From: an uncultured Methanosarcinales archaeon
GTDB taxonomy: Archaea > Nanobdellota > Nanobdellia > Woesearchaeales > ARS49
Length of the DNA stretch: 64,000 nucleotides
Reading direction: 5' to 3'
NCBI GenBank assembly: GCA_964637115.1
Contig: CAZWVL010000001.1
Span: 32,001-96,000 of the forward strand
A program made the position numbers and the translations under genes. Positions 37,125 to 46,939 of the stretch are shown one piece after another; position 1 is the stretch's first letter; each line of letters begins with the position of its first letter. Under the pieces are notes generated by a model. That model was not told the origin of the DNA, ran no database searches, and saw nothing but the letters and a program-made list of their open reading frames with translations.

Positions 37125-38699
37125 ATGGCCAATCTGGAGCATGCTTTCAAGGATGCTGCCGGGCGCGCAGCAGAGGAACTAGATTCTATTTGTTTAGATG
37201 AAATACACAAACTTGGCATATCAAAGACCCATACGGATTTGCTCGGCAGCCATACTGTTGTAACTTATCCTCCATTAGACGCACTTGAGCCAATCAATGG
37301 GAACAAGGTGTTTAGTGACATTGATTTCCAGCCTCTAGTTGATGCTTATGTGCACATACCATTTTGCGAATATCCCTGCGAGTTCTGTCCGTATACCACT
37401 TTGAACGTAAATGGTCCAAGCGCTGGCAAAATGCCTGAGTATTTTGCAGCACTGCAGCAGGAAATCAAGACTTGGGCAAAAAAACTGCGGGAACAAAAGG
37501 CAGAAGTGCGCTCACTCTATGTTGGAGGAGGCACGCCATTTATTCTACCAGCAGAAAGTTTAGAAACAATCCTTTCATTTATCCGTTCGGAACTGCCGTT
37601 TATTGAAAATCCTGAAATCTGTGTTGAAACGTCTCCAAAAGCCACAATACAACCTGATGCGAAAGAAAAACTGGCAATGCTGAAAAAATTAGGCGTTTCA
37701 CGGATGAGCATTGGAATACAAACATTTGATTACGAAAGCCTGCGCGATATGGCAAGAACATTCAGAGGACATTCTGCAGACGATGAAGAAAATGCGGCGC
37801 GCACGCTGCTTGAATCCGGCATTTCAAATATCAACATTGACATGATTCAGGATCTTCCTCTCAAATCCAAAGATTACTTGGAGCGATTAAAGAATGACCT
37901 CTTCAAAATCTCGCAACTAAGGCCGCAACATATAACCTGGTATAATATGCGGTTGCGTCCTGAAACTGCTTATGCGGAACGCGATATAAAGATGGTAACC
38001 GAGGAAGAAAGCCTTCACACAAGATTGACGATATGGAACTTCATAGAAGCAATAGGATACAAAGTTCTTGAGGGCGACAGGTTTGTCCTGGACGAAGCTT
38101 TTGAAGACAACTTTAGAAAAACACGAGGTTCGGTGGACACAGATTTGCTTGGCATGGGAGTTTCAGCATATTCGCACGTTTCCATCAGTTCAAGCACTGA
38201 CAAAGCCTCAAGCGTTTTCTTCCAAAATCCAAGAGTAATAGGCAATACAGTGCGTGCAGACTCAAAAGCGGCAACAGATGCGTACATTGCGGCGATGAAG
38301 CAGAACGGCCACGCTATAAGCGCAGCTTTCCTAATCGGACCTGACGAACGTTTGGCAGGAAGACTTGCACTGGGGCTAAAACGAGGAGTAAGCCATGAAC
38401 AAGTGCACGAACTCTATAAATGGCACCCGGAATGCGGGGGATATTTTTCCTTTGTGCTAAATTCTTCTGAAGACCTGCTGCAAGCAGGACTACTGCAAAT
38501 CTCAGATGGAATGATAGAATTTACAAGAAAAGGAAGGCTCTTTGAAAACGAAATATGCGCTCGATTTTACACTCCAACAGTAAGATACCAAGCGAAAAAA
38601 AGACGAGGAATACTTGACAAGGAAACAGAAGAAGCATTTTACGGATATTCAACAAGAGTTCTTATGGACGAAATAGGCGCGGAACAGAAGCCACTGTAA
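37125..38699 (+). CDS. HemN/HemW-like (class C) radical SAM protein
   Basis: YVHIPFCEYPCEFCPY (CxxxCxxC), LYVGGGTP, RMSIGIQTF, NIDMIQDLP, LGMGVSAYS, HemN_C-like tail. Confidence 0.9.
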   Translation: MANLEHAFKDAAGRAAEELDSICLDEIHKLGISKTHTDLLGSHTVVTYPPLDALEPINGNKVFSDIDFQPLVDAYVHIPFCEYPCEFCPYTTLNVNGPSAGKMPEYFAALQQEIKTWAKKLREQKAEVRSLYVGGGTPFILPAESLETILSFIRSELPFIENPEICVETSPKATIQPDAKEKLAMLKKLGVSRMSIGIQTFDYESLRDMARTFRGHSADDEENAARTLLESGISNINIDMIQDLPLKSKDYLERLKNDLFKISQLRPQHITWYNMRLRPETAYAERDIKMVTEEESLHTRLTIWNFIEAIGYKVLEGDRFVLDEAFEDNFRKTRGSVDTDLLGMGVSAYSHVSISSSTDKASSVFFQNPRVIGNTVRADSKAATDAYIAAMKQNGHAISAAFLIGPDERLAGRLALGLKRGVSHEQVHELYKWHPECGGYFSFVLNSSEDLLQAGLLQISDGMIEFTRKGRLFENEICARFYTPTVRYQAKKRRGILDKETEEAFYGYSTRVLMDEIGAEQKPL

Positions 38700-38706
38700 G
38701 ATTAGC

Positions 38707-38907
38707 CTATTCAGCTGTAACGCGCAGCAAAACTGCCAAGGTTAATGCAAGAACAATCGCGACAGCGCTCGGCCACATAGCAATCGACCAGTTTCCAATT
38801 ATCAACTGCCACCCTTTCAATAAGCGCAGCAAGTGGACAAGTGCTATCAGACAGAAAAGTGCTGCTATGAATATGTGCAACCTTCCGTGCCAGTTTTTCT
38901 TTGCCAT
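38707..38907 (-). CDS. small two-TM membrane protein
   Basis: ATG 38907: MAKKNWHGRLHIFIAALFCLIALVHLLRLLKGWQLIIGNWSIAMWPSAVAIVLALTLAV. Confidence 0.7.
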   Translation of the reverse strand: MAKKNWHGRLHIFIAALFCLIALVHLLRLLKGWQLIIGNWSIAMWPSAVAIVLALTLAVLLRVTAE

Positions 38908-38979
38908 ATAGGCTGAATGTTTCACATACTTAAAAACTTGTGCGTTATATTTCTTAGCTACTATTAAGTAGTGGTTCAA

Positions 38980-38993
38980 GAAAGATTTATAAA
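38980..38993 (+). promoter_or_regulatory. BRE-TATA promoter
   Basis: gaaagatttataaa, 21 nt before ATG 39015. Confidence 0.6.
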
Positions 38994-39014
38994 CTTACAA
39001 ACAAAAAACTGGTT

Positions 39015-40127
39015 ATGGGAATTAACGAACTTGGAAGGCGCGCATTTCTCAGGCTCACCGGCGGAGCGGCAGGCAGCATTGCACTCGGCCCACTTGGCTG
39101 CACGGTTGTTTATGAGAAAGGTGTTTCAGTCGCGCGCTCCACCGATGGAAAGATTGATGATGGTGTGGCGGAATATTACGTAACTCCACAGTCTATCCAA
39201 AAGTACGATGCAGAAATAGCAGACGTCGTAAATGAAATCTGGGTTAAAGAATTCAACCAAGGCATAAACCGTCACATCACGATTCAATTCGTTGGCGATG
39301 CAGCAGCCGCGTGCGGGTGCGATTCACTCGGATGCTACAAGACAGATGAGCACATTGAATGGTCCAGACTGGAAAAAATAAGAAAAAAAGAAATCATAAT
39401 TGAAAAAGGACTGACTCCATACAGAACGACATTGCTGATCGCACATGAACTCGGCCACCAAATGGATTCTTCTGAACGCATTTCAGAATTGACCGATTTT
39501 CGTTACGGAGTTAAGTCAAACCTTCACTTCCCGCAATTTGGACAGGACACTTCATACAAGCTCCTCGATGCGGCATATTTGGACATCGAAGGAGCAAAAC
39601 AAGCATTCTGGCCGGAAATTGGAGCAACACGCCACGTGATGGGCAAGCTTTCGGCATTATTTGCGCTAAACTTGAACGGCGGCTCATTTGAAACAGCACA
39701 CGTCCAGCTTATTTTGAATGCAGGTTATTACTCAAACCGCGCAAATGAATTCGTCGATAATGCACTGTTTGAATCTGAAGCACGCGGACCTGTATCTGTG
39801 ACACGCACGCTGTTTGATAAAACTACAGAAACAATAAACGTCGAATACTGGAGAATTGCGTTTTCTGACTTAATGGGAGTTGTAACCCACCAGATCATTA
39901 AACAATATCTTCCAAGCGGATCTCTAGAAACTGCTACAACTCTTGAGAAAGAACTTCAAAAAAACGCATTCACGCACAGTTGTAATATTTACAATGCAGA
40001 AATCAAGAATCCTGATATTTCCTATCCACAGGATTACGATTACAGCATCCCTGCAGGAATAGGCCTGCCAGAACCAGAAAGTCCTGGTCATCCAGGACCG
40101 CCAAACGGCCACGGACATGTACATTAG
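39015..40127 (+). CDS. Tat-signal lipoprotein, zincin-like metallopeptidase
   Basis: GRRAFLR twin-arginine motif, PLGC lipobox, AHELGH...E. Confidence 0.7.
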   Translation: MGINELGRRAFLRLTGGAAGSIALGPLGCTVVYEKGVSVARSTDGKIDDGVAEYYVTPQSIQKYDAEIADVVNEIWVKEFNQGINRHITIQFVGDAAAACGCDSLGCYKTDEHIEWSRLEKIRKKEIIIEKGLTPYRTTLLIAHELGHQMDSSERISELTDFRYGVKSNLHFPQFGQDTSYKLLDAAYLDIEGAKQAFWPEIGATRHVMGKLSALFALNLNGGSFETAHVQLILNAGYYSNRANEFVDNALFESEARGPVSVTRTLFDKTTETINVEYWRIAFSDLMGVVTHQIIKQYLPSGSLETATTLEKELQKNAFTHSCNIYNAEIKNPDISYPQDYDYSIPAGIGLPEPESPGHPGPPNGHGHVH

Positions 40128-40138
40128 CCTTAGCTGAA

Positions 40139-40546
40139 TTACAGTTGCAACAACCTGTCCAATTCTTCAGCCGCGTTCTTCATCTCATTCATCGCTCTTT
40201 GCATATCACGCTGCAAGTCGTCTACCAAAAGAGAAAGTTTGTCTCCGCGCATCACGTATTTGTTGCCTTCATGACGGACGATGCCTCTTTCCATCAAGGC
40301 ATTCAAGTGATGAATAACAGTTGCCCTGGTAAGACCAAGCCTTTCAGATAATTCATCACTAGACAAGCCGCCAGCAACTTTTATTGCCTTGATTAATTCA
40401 ATAAAAATACGAAAACAAGATTTATCCCTATCACGTTCGCCAAACAAGCCCAAAGTATGGCCAAACCACTGAAGCTCGTCATTAACAGAAACTTCTTTAG
40501 GGCGCCTTACATTGACAATTGTAATTCGGCGGACGAACATGCTCAA
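40139..40546 (-). CDS. winged-HTH transcriptional regulator (ArsR-like)
   Basis: LSSDELSERLGLTRATVIHHLNALMERGIV. Confidence 0.85.
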   Translation of the reverse strand: MSMFVRRITIVNVRRPKEVSVNDELQWFGHTLGLFGERDRDKSCFRIFIELIKAIKVAGGLSSDELSERLGLTRATVIHHLNALMERGIVRHEGNKYVMRGDKLSLLVDDLQRDMQRAMNEMKNAAEELDRLLQL

Positions 40547-40896
40547 CCCATGTAAGTAGGAATGTCCGGGTGCTTTTCACCAAGCTCTTTCATAAGCTCT
40601 TTTTGCTTCTTTTCAGCCTTTACAAGAGCTTTTGGTTTCTCAATCTTGCCGAATTCGTCCTCATACTTCTTGACAACGCTTGCCAAAACTTCCATGAATG
40701 CCTTGGCGTGCCAAGGATCCATCATGACAACGTTGTGCTTCAAATGAAAGCTTGGCTTCTTACTTCTAGGATCAGTTCTCGGGGTAATGCATTTCATATC
40801 CAACGTCATTTGAGTTGGAGTAAAGTTTACTGTAACCTCGTGAGCAAAAAACGGCTCTCCTTCGCTAATGTTTAAGTTAATTTGTTCTTGTGCCAT
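40543..40896 (-). CDS. DUF3467-like protein
   Basis: FFAHEVTVNFTPTQMTLD...VMMDPWHAKAFMEVL...YEDEFGKI. Confidence 0.65.
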   Translation of the reverse strand: MAQEQINLNISEGEPFFAHEVTVNFTPTQMTLDMKCITPRTDPRSKKPSFHLKHNVVMMDPWHAKAFMEVLASVVKKYEDEFGKIEKPKALVKAEKKQKELMKELGEKHPDIPTYMG

Positions 40897-40955
40897 TATA
40901 GTTCACCTCGTACGGTTGGAAAGAGCCAAAGTATATAAATTTTGCTCTTTTAAGC

Positions 40956-40969
40956 GAAAGGTTTATATA
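40956..40969 (+). promoter_or_regulatory. BRE-TATA promoter of grpE-dnaK operon
   Basis: gaaaggtttatata upstream of grpE. Confidence 0.6.
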
Positions 40970-41027
40970 TTAGTATTGTATTCTATCAACTTCGTTGACG
41001 TAAAGTAAACCAATGTGGGTTAGTAAG

Positions 41028-41573
41028 ATGGAAAAGAAAGACACCAAAAACGACAAGAAAGAGCCCTCTGAAATAGAGCAACTCAAAGCAGAGTTGGCTA
41101 AAAATCAGGCAGTCATTGCAGACTACACTGAACATTTGAAAAGACTGCAGGCAGAATTTGAAAACTACTGCAAAAGAGTAGAAAAAGAACGCAAAGAATA
41201 CGCAGGAATGGCATCAGAAAAGCTGATTGTCAAGCTCCTGCTAATCATAGATGACTTTGAACGCGCCCTGGTGACGATAAAAAGCGTACCAGAAGAAGCG
41301 CGAAAAGGCATCGAAATGATTTTCAAAAATTTACACAAGATTTTGGATGAAGAACAAGTTCATAAAATACATGCTCTCGGGCAAAAATTTGACCCGTACA
41401 AGCACGAAGTCCTGCTCAAAGTGGAAAGCGAGCAGCCTGAAGACATTGTTGTTGAAGAGCTCCAAAAAGGCTACACAATGAACGGCAAGGTCATCAGGTA
41501 TGCAAAAGTAAAGGTTAGCAGCGGCAAGCAAAGCTTGCCAGTGGGTGCTGGAAAAGCCAGTGGAGGCAAATAA
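41028..41573 (+). CDS. grpE: nucleotide exchange factor GrpE
   Basis: [34 protein letters not shown]...VIRYAKVKV; alternative start 41013. Confidence 0.95.
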   Translation: MEKKDTKNDKKEPSEIEQLKAELAKNQAVIADYTEHLKRLQAEFENYCKRVEKERKEYAGMASEKLIVKLLLIIDDFERALVTIKSVPEEARKGIEMIFKNLHKILDEEQVHKIHALGQKFDPYKHEVLLKVESEQPEDIVVEELQKGYTMNGKVIRYAKVKVSSGKQSLPVGAGKASGGK

Positions 41574-41575
41574 AC

Positions 41576-43390
41576 ATGTCAAAAGAAAAAATAATCGGAA
41601 TTGACCTAGGAACATCAAACTCTGCAGCATCCGTATTGGAAGCAGGCAGGCCAAAAATAATTCCTTCAGCAGAAGGAGTATCAATGTACGGCAAAGCATT
41701 CCCGTCATTTGTAGCTTTTACAAAAGATGGACAGCTATTAGTAGGAGAGCCGGCAAGACGACAAGCAGTTTCTAACCCGCACGGTACTGTTTACGCTGCA
41801 AAAAGAAAGATGGGCACGAATTTCAAGTACCAGATTCACGGCAAAGAATACACGCCGCAGCAGATTTCTGCATTTATTTTACAGAAAATCAAAAAAGACA
41901 CGGAAGCGTTCTTAGGAGAGCCGGTCAAGAAAGCAGTCATTACAGTGCCAGCATACTTTGATGACAACCAAAGACAGGCAACAAAAGACGCGGGAACAAT
42001 CGCAGGACTGGAAGTTGTTAGAATTGTGAATGAGCCAACAGCAGCCGCGCTCGCATATGGCCTGGACAAAGCAGGCAAACAACAGAAAATTCTCGTCTTT
42101 GACCTTGGTGGAGGCACTTTAGACGTTACCATAATGGACTTCTCAGAAGGAGTGTTTGAAGTTGTTTCAACATCTGGAGACACGCAGCTGGGCGGAACAG
42201 ACATGGACAATTCCGTGATTAATTACATAATCAACGAATTCAAGAAAGAATCAGGCATAGACCTGAACGAAGACGCTGTAGCAATGCAGCGAATTAGGGA
42301 AGCGGCAGAAAAAGCGAAAATTGAACTCAGCACCACGCTTGAGACAGAAATCAACCTGCCATTCATAACAGCGACACAGGCAGGGCCAAAACACTTGCAA
42401 ATGAAATTCACCCGAGCAAAGCTCGATGAACTTGTTGACCCAATAGTCAAGCGTTGCAAGAAATCAGTTGACCAGGCGCACTCAGACTCAAAACTTGGAG
42501 TAAAAGACCTGGACAGAGTTGTTCTTGTTGGAGGACCAACAAGAATGCCAATCGTTCAAAAATACTTGGAACAATGGTTCGGCAATAAGGTAGAAAGAAG
42601 CATAGACCCAATGGAATGTGTAGCTATGGGCGCGGCAATCCAGGCAGGAGTGCTTGCAGGAGAAGTTAAGGATATATTGCTTTTGGACGTAACTCCACTT
42701 AGCCTTGGAATTGAGACACTTGGCGGCGTGTTTACCAAATTAATTGAACGAAACACGACCATTCCAGTAAAGAAAAGCCAGACATTCAGCACTGCAGCAG
42801 ACGATCAGTCAGCTGTTACTATTAGAATCTCACAAGGAGAACGACCAATGTTCGCAGACAACAAGCCCTTGGGACAATTCGACCTTGTTGGAATCCCGCC
42901 TGCACCGCGAGGAATACCGCAGATTGAAGTAGCGTTTGACATAGACGCGAACGGAATCCTGAATGTTTCTGCAAAAGACTTAGGCACTGGAAAAGAACAA
43001 AGCATGAGAATAACCGCTCCAAACAAGCTTGATGCTGCAGAAGTAGAGAAAATGAGAAAACAGGCAGAAGAGTTTGCAGAAGTTGACAAGAAAAAGAAAG
43101 AAGAAATAGAAACAATCAACCACGCAGACACGTTAGTCTACACTGCAGAAAAGCAGATGAAAGACTTTGAAGGCAAAGTAAGCGAAAAGGAAATAAAGGA
43201 CGTCAAGGATAAGGTAGATGAGCTGAAGAAATTGCTTGCAGAGTCACCACGCGACCCGGCAAAAATCAAGAAAAAGCTTGATGAGACAAATCACGCCTTG
43301 CACACAGCTGCAACTGCATTATATCAAAAGGCAGGCGCAAAAGGCAAAGCACGACCGGCAGAAGACGTGGTGGATACGGAAACCGTATAA
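41576..43390 (+). CDS. dnaK: Hsp70 chaperone DnaK
   Basis: [48 protein letters not shown]. Confidence 0.98.
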   Translation: MSKEKIIGIDLGTSNSAASVLEAGRPKIIPSAEGVSMYGKAFPSFVAFTKDGQLLVGEPARRQAVSNPHGTVYAAKRKMGTNFKYQIHGKEYTPQQISAFILQKIKKDTEAFLGEPVKKAVITVPAYFDDNQRQATKDAGTIAGLEVVRIVNEPTAAALAYGLDKAGKQQKILVFDLGGGTLDVTIMDFSEGVFEVVSTSGDTQLGGTDMDNSVINYIINEFKKESGIDLNEDAVAMQRIREAAEKAKIELSTTLETEINLPFITATQAGPKHLQMKFTRAKLDELVDPIVKRCKKSVDQAHSDSKLGVKDLDRVVLVGGPTRMPIVQKYLEQWFGNKVERSIDPMECVAMGAAIQAGVLAGEVKDILLLDVTPLSLGIETLGGVFTKLIERNTTIPVKKSQTFSTAADDQSAVTIRISQGERPMFADNKPLGQFDLVGIPPAPRGIPQIEVAFDIDANGILNVSAKDLGTGKEQSMRITAPNKLDAAEVEKMRKQAEEFAEVDKKKKEEIETINHADTLVYTAEKQMKDFEGKVSEKEIKDVKDKVDELKKLLAESPRDPAKIKKKLDETNHALHTAATALYQKAGAKGKARPAEDVVDTETV

Positions 43391-43549
43391 ATGGACCACA
43401 GAATAATCGGTTATGTCGCTTTAGGACTATTGGTAATCTACTTGGCACTCCGCTTTATGGAGCAGTACGCATTCAAAAAAATAGTCCGCGCAGAAGTTGA
43501 GCACGTGCTCAACAGCGACGAGCACAAAGTCAAGGGTCGGTATGGATGA
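43391..43549 (+). CDS. 52-aa single-TM protein between dnaK and dnaJ (not in ORF track)
   Basis: [52 protein letters not shown]; abuts dnaK stop and overlaps dnaJ ATG (ATGA). Confidence 0.75.
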   Translation: MDHRIIGYVALGLLVIYLALRFMEQYAFKKIVRAEVEHVLNSDEHKVKGRYG

Positions 43550-44610
43550 GCAAGGACTATTACAAAATTCTTGGTGTAGAAAAAGGGGCGTCAATTGAAG
43601 AAATTAAGTCTGCTTACAAAAAATTAGCCAAGAAGTATCATCCTGACATCAATAAAGAAGCAAGTGCTGGAGATAAGTTCAAGGAAATAAATGAAGCAGC
43701 AGCAGTTCTAGGAGATCCTGACAAAAGGGCACAATACGACCAGTTCGGCACGGCAGGATTTAATAGCCAACAGTTCTCAGGCTTTGATTTCAGAGATTTT
43801 GCTGGCAATATGAACTTTGAAGACATATTTGAAAATTTATTCTCAGGATTTGGATTCAGAGGCGGCAGAAGAGGAAAGCCAGGCAGAGACTTAGTAGCAG
43901 AAGTTGATGTTAAACTTGAAGAAGTAGCCAAAGGCACAACTCGCGAGATAGAAATGCAGCGAATGATACAATGTGAGAAGTGCGACGGCAAAGGCGGCAG
44001 CGATTTTGTTCAATGCAGCACCTGCCAAGGGCAGGGAATGGTAAGACACGCCAGAAGAACACCATTCGGCGTGTTCGCAACAACATCTGCATGCAATAAA
44101 TGCAAAGGAACAGGAGAAATACCTGAAAAAGTCTGCAAAGAATGCGACGGAGAAGGAAGAATCGTAAGCAATGAACCTGTAAAAGTCAAGATTCCAGCAG
44201 GAATACACGACGGAATGCGTTTAAGAGTAGGAGGAGCAGGAGAAGCAGGCGCAGAGGGAGCGCAAGCAGGAGACTTGTACGTTATGGTGCACGTTCTTGA
44301 AGACAAAAGATTTGTCAGAGAAGAAAACGATTTAATTGCAGAACAACCAATAAGCTTTACCACTGCCTGTACGGGCGGCGAAATAATAGTAGAAACACTT
44401 GAAGGCAAGAAAAAAATAGAAATAAAGCCAGGAACACAAAACAATTCAGAAAAAAGATTAGAAGGGGATGGGCTGCCAGACTTAAGAGGCGGACACGGAG
44501 ACTTCGTCATCAAACTATCAGTAGAAGTTCCAAAAAAGATAAGCAAAAAACAGAAAGAATTACTGGAAGAGTTTGAAAAAGAAGGCAAGAAGAAATGGGG
44601 ATTGTTCTAA
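43546..44610 (+). CDS. dnaJ: chaperone DnaJ
   Basis: J domain with HPD, G/F region, four CxxCxGxG repeats. Confidence 0.97.
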   Translation: MSKDYYKILGVEKGASIEEIKSAYKKLAKKYHPDINKEASAGDKFKEINEAAAVLGDPDKRAQYDQFGTAGFNSQQFSGFDFRDFAGNMNFEDIFENLFSGFGFRGGRRGKPGRDLVAEVDVKLEEVAKGTTREIEMQRMIQCEKCDGKGGSDFVQCSTCQGQGMVRHARRTPFGVFATTSACNKCKGTGEIPEKVCKECDGEGRIVSNEPVKVKIPAGIHDGMRLRVGGAGEAGAEGAQAGDLYVMVHVLEDKRFVREENDLIAEQPISFTTACTGGEIIVETLEGKKKIEIKPGTQNNSEKRLEGDGLPDLRGGHGDFVIKLSVEVPKKISKKQKELLEEFEKEGKKKWGLF

Positions 44611-45414
44611 ATGAAAGTTGAGAGCATTTTCGATAAAGGATCAGGCAAAATAAATGAAGACGCACTAGTGCTGAATGCTCCTGTCTTTGGCGTTTTTGAT
44701 GGCGCCACAAGCCTTGTTTCCTACGACGAAGATGGAAAAACCGGTGCGTATCTAGCGGCACATATCGCGTGTGAAGTATTTACGAATACTAAAAAACCAC
44801 TTCTAGACTTGGCTCACGATGCAAACAAAAAACTACTGGGGGAAATGGAGAGCAAAAACATCGACGTATCCAAAAAAGAAAATCTCTGGGGCACCACCGC
44901 ATCCGTCATCAGACTTGGCAAGAATCAGTTTGAGTATTTGCTGATTGGCGACAGCGCGATACTTATCATCTATACAGACAACTCGTACAAACTTGCCGTA
45001 GACTATAATGACCATGATATGGAACTGCTAACAAAGTGGAAAAAATTTGCAGATATGAAGACAAAAAACATTCTGCACGTTCTTGATTCTGAATGCATTG
45101 AATTGAGAAAAATAAGCAACGTTTCATATGGTGTTATGAATGGCGAGAAAGAAGCCGTTAAATTTCTTCACACTGGTACAGAAAGCCTCCATAATGTCAA
45201 ACACGTACTCCTTTTCACCGACGGGCTACTTATTCCAAAAGAAAATCCGCAGAATGCTCCTCAATTTGATGCTTTGGTGAAGCTATATTTGGAAGGTGGA
45301 CTCGCTAAAGTTAAAAATCAAGTCCGTGAATTGGAGAACAATGACCCGAACTGCTGGAAATACCCACGTTTCAAGCAGCATGACGATATAGCTGCTATTG
45401 CAATTTCGCTGTAA
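44611..45414 (+). CDS. PP2C-family protein phosphatase-like protein
   Basis: NEDA, GVFDGAT, IGDS, LFTDG, HDDIAAIAI; starts immediately after dnaJ stop. Confidence 0.85.
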   Translation: MKVESIFDKGSGKINEDALVLNAPVFGVFDGATSLVSYDEDGKTGAYLAAHIACEVFTNTKKPLLDLAHDANKKLLGEMESKNIDVSKKENLWGTTASVIRLGKNQFEYLLIGDSAILIIYTDNSYKLAVDYNDHDMELLTKWKKFADMKTKNILHVLDSECIELRKISNVSYGVMNGEKEAVKFLHTGTESLHNVKHVLLFTDGLLIPKENPQNAPQFDALVKLYLEGGLAKVKNQVRELENNDPNCWKYPRFKQHDDIAAIAISL

Positions 45415-45432
45415 GTTTAACGAGGTGAGAAA

Positions 45433-45576
45433 ATGGGAAAAGATGAAATCAGACATTGCAAATGTGGGGCGAAGATCAAGGTGTACACGAGTTCAGAGGC
45501 GCAGAATGAACTTTGTTCCACGTGCCTTGAGCCTTGGGTAAAGCAGATTTTGCAACTAGTTCCAAAAGTAATTTGA
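45433..45576 (+). CDS. 47-aa Cys-rich putative zinc-binding protein (not in ORF track)
   Basis: MGKDEIRHCKCGAKIKVYTSSEAQNELCSTCLEPWVKQILQLVPKVI; SD gaggtga. Confidence 0.65.
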   Translation: MGKDEIRHCKCGAKIKVYTSSEAQNELCSTCLEPWVKQILQLVPKVI

Positions 45577-45604
45577 AAAAAAGCAAAAAGAAGTGAGGGT
45601 TGTT

Positions 45605-46177
45605 TTAAGCACTCGCTAATTGCTCACGCAGTTTCTTGTACGCTCGACGTTCGATGGTCTTCACCGTGCCTTCTGGGAGTTTCAGCATTTTGCCAATGGT
45701 ACGCAAAGTCCGCGGCTCCTTTCCATACAAGCCGTGATGGAACGTGATGACAAACCGTTCATGCAATGGCAACACCTGCACTGATTTGTACAGTTGCGTG
45801 TTAAATGTGCGCTCTTCCTTTTTCACTATCTCATCCAGAGGTGTACTGTTGTATGCAGGATCCTGAGAGTCTGGATCAAATGGACGGAAATGCTGTGCGC
45901 GCCGCCTTTCCATTTTCGCAATATCCATAATTTTGTTGCTAATACACGTGCAGGCATATGTTGAAAAACTTGCTTTTTCCGGATCATGGCGCCTCGCCAC
46001 CTTCCATAACTTAATGGCAGCTTCCTGCGCCGCGTCCTCACGCAGATATGGTTTGCACCGTTTTTTCGCCATAGCATGCGTAAGATTAAGATTTTTAAGA
46101 ACTAATTCTTCATAAACAGCTTCATTGCCTTCCTTCACCTGAGCTGCCGCATCATATTTACCCGCGTCCCCACTCAT
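45605..46177 (-). CDS. sigma-70-family RNA polymerase sigma factor-like protein (regions 2 and 4)
   Basis: GNEAVYEELVLKNLNL, EDAAQEA, HDPEKASFSTYA; region 4 LPLHERFVI...RTLRTIGKMLKLPEGTVKTIERRAYKKLR. Confidence 0.88.
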   Translation of the reverse strand: MSGDAGKYDAAAQVKEGNEAVYEELVLKNLNLTHAMAKKRCKPYLREDAAQEAAIKLWKVARRHDPEKASFSTYACTCISNKIMDIAKMERRRAQHFRPFDPDSQDPAYNSTPLDEIVKKEERTFNTQLYKSVQVLPLHERFVITFHHGLYGKEPRTLRTIGKMLKLPEGTVKTIERRAYKKLREQLASA

Positions 46178-46288
46178 GCAACAATGAAAGAGAAAACTGT
46201 TTAAAAGAATATCTGTGCTTCAGAAACGCTGCCCGACAAAGACTTCAAATCCACAAAGCTTAAAAGGACATTTTAGAGAATTTGAACT

Positions 46289-46939
46289 ATGGTCAACGTA
46301 TACTTGCACGGTCCAAAATGGTTTTTCGGGGTGGATGCCAGTTTGGTTGCATTTGCAGCCCTGATAGCCATTTGCGTTGCATTTGCCTCATTAAGACTAT
46401 ATAGAATGACAAAGGAGCGCAAGTACGCATTCTTCACGGCAAGCTTTGTTCTATTAACATTAGGTTTTCTTTCACGGGCGGTTGCTGACATTCTTCTAGA
46501 AGAAATTTTCATGGGCGTGCCAGCAAACATGGCAGGCCTGGTGTTCTTTTATGGCTACGTTTTGCACATTTTACTTGCACTGACTGCATACTTGTTGCTG
46601 ATAATAATTACTTATAAAATAACCGACAAGAGAATAATTGCACTGTTGTTTTTAGTGCTTGTGCCGAGCATGCTTTTGAGCGGCAGCTACTATCTCAGCT
46701 TTTACGGACTAAGCACAATATTCCTTGCATTCATCGCAGCAGCATATTACCAAAACTACAAGAAAGTATGCTCTGCGGCAAGCTGTCTAGTCTTCATATC
46801 TTTTGTTCTGCTTGCGCTTGCACAAGTACAATTCCTGCTCGAAGCAATAAAAGTCACTTTTTATGTTTCAGGGCATATAACCCAGGCAGTTGGATTCCTG
46901 CTAATCCTGGCTGCGCTGATTAAAACATTACTCAAATGA
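46289..46939 (+). CDS. multi-TM membrane protein (putative sensor)
   Basis: About seven hydrophobic helices; ATGA-coupled to wHTH gene. Confidence 0.75.
   Translation: MVNVYLHGPKWFFGVDASLVAFAALIAICVAFASLRLYRMTKERKYAFFTASFVLLTLGFLSRAVADILLEEIFMGVPANMAGLVFFYGYVLHILLALTAYLLLIIITYKITDKRIIALLFLVLVPSMLLSGSYYLSFYGLSTIFLAFIAAAYYQNYKKVCSAASCLVFISFVLLALAQVQFLLEAIKVTFYVSGHITQAVGFLLILAALIKTLLK

Noticed and set aside
42090-42110. Genome-wide CUY Leu-to-Ser reassignment suggested by the odd tRNA
   Set aside because: The invariant DnaK motif ILVFDLGGG uses CTC and CTT for its leucines, so these codons still mean Leu.
45605-46177. Bacterial contaminant or chimeric join explaining the sigma-like gene
   Set aside because: Not favoured: composition looks continuous, and an archaeal-type TATA box and archaeal neighbours flank it. 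It cannot be fully excluded without read mapping.
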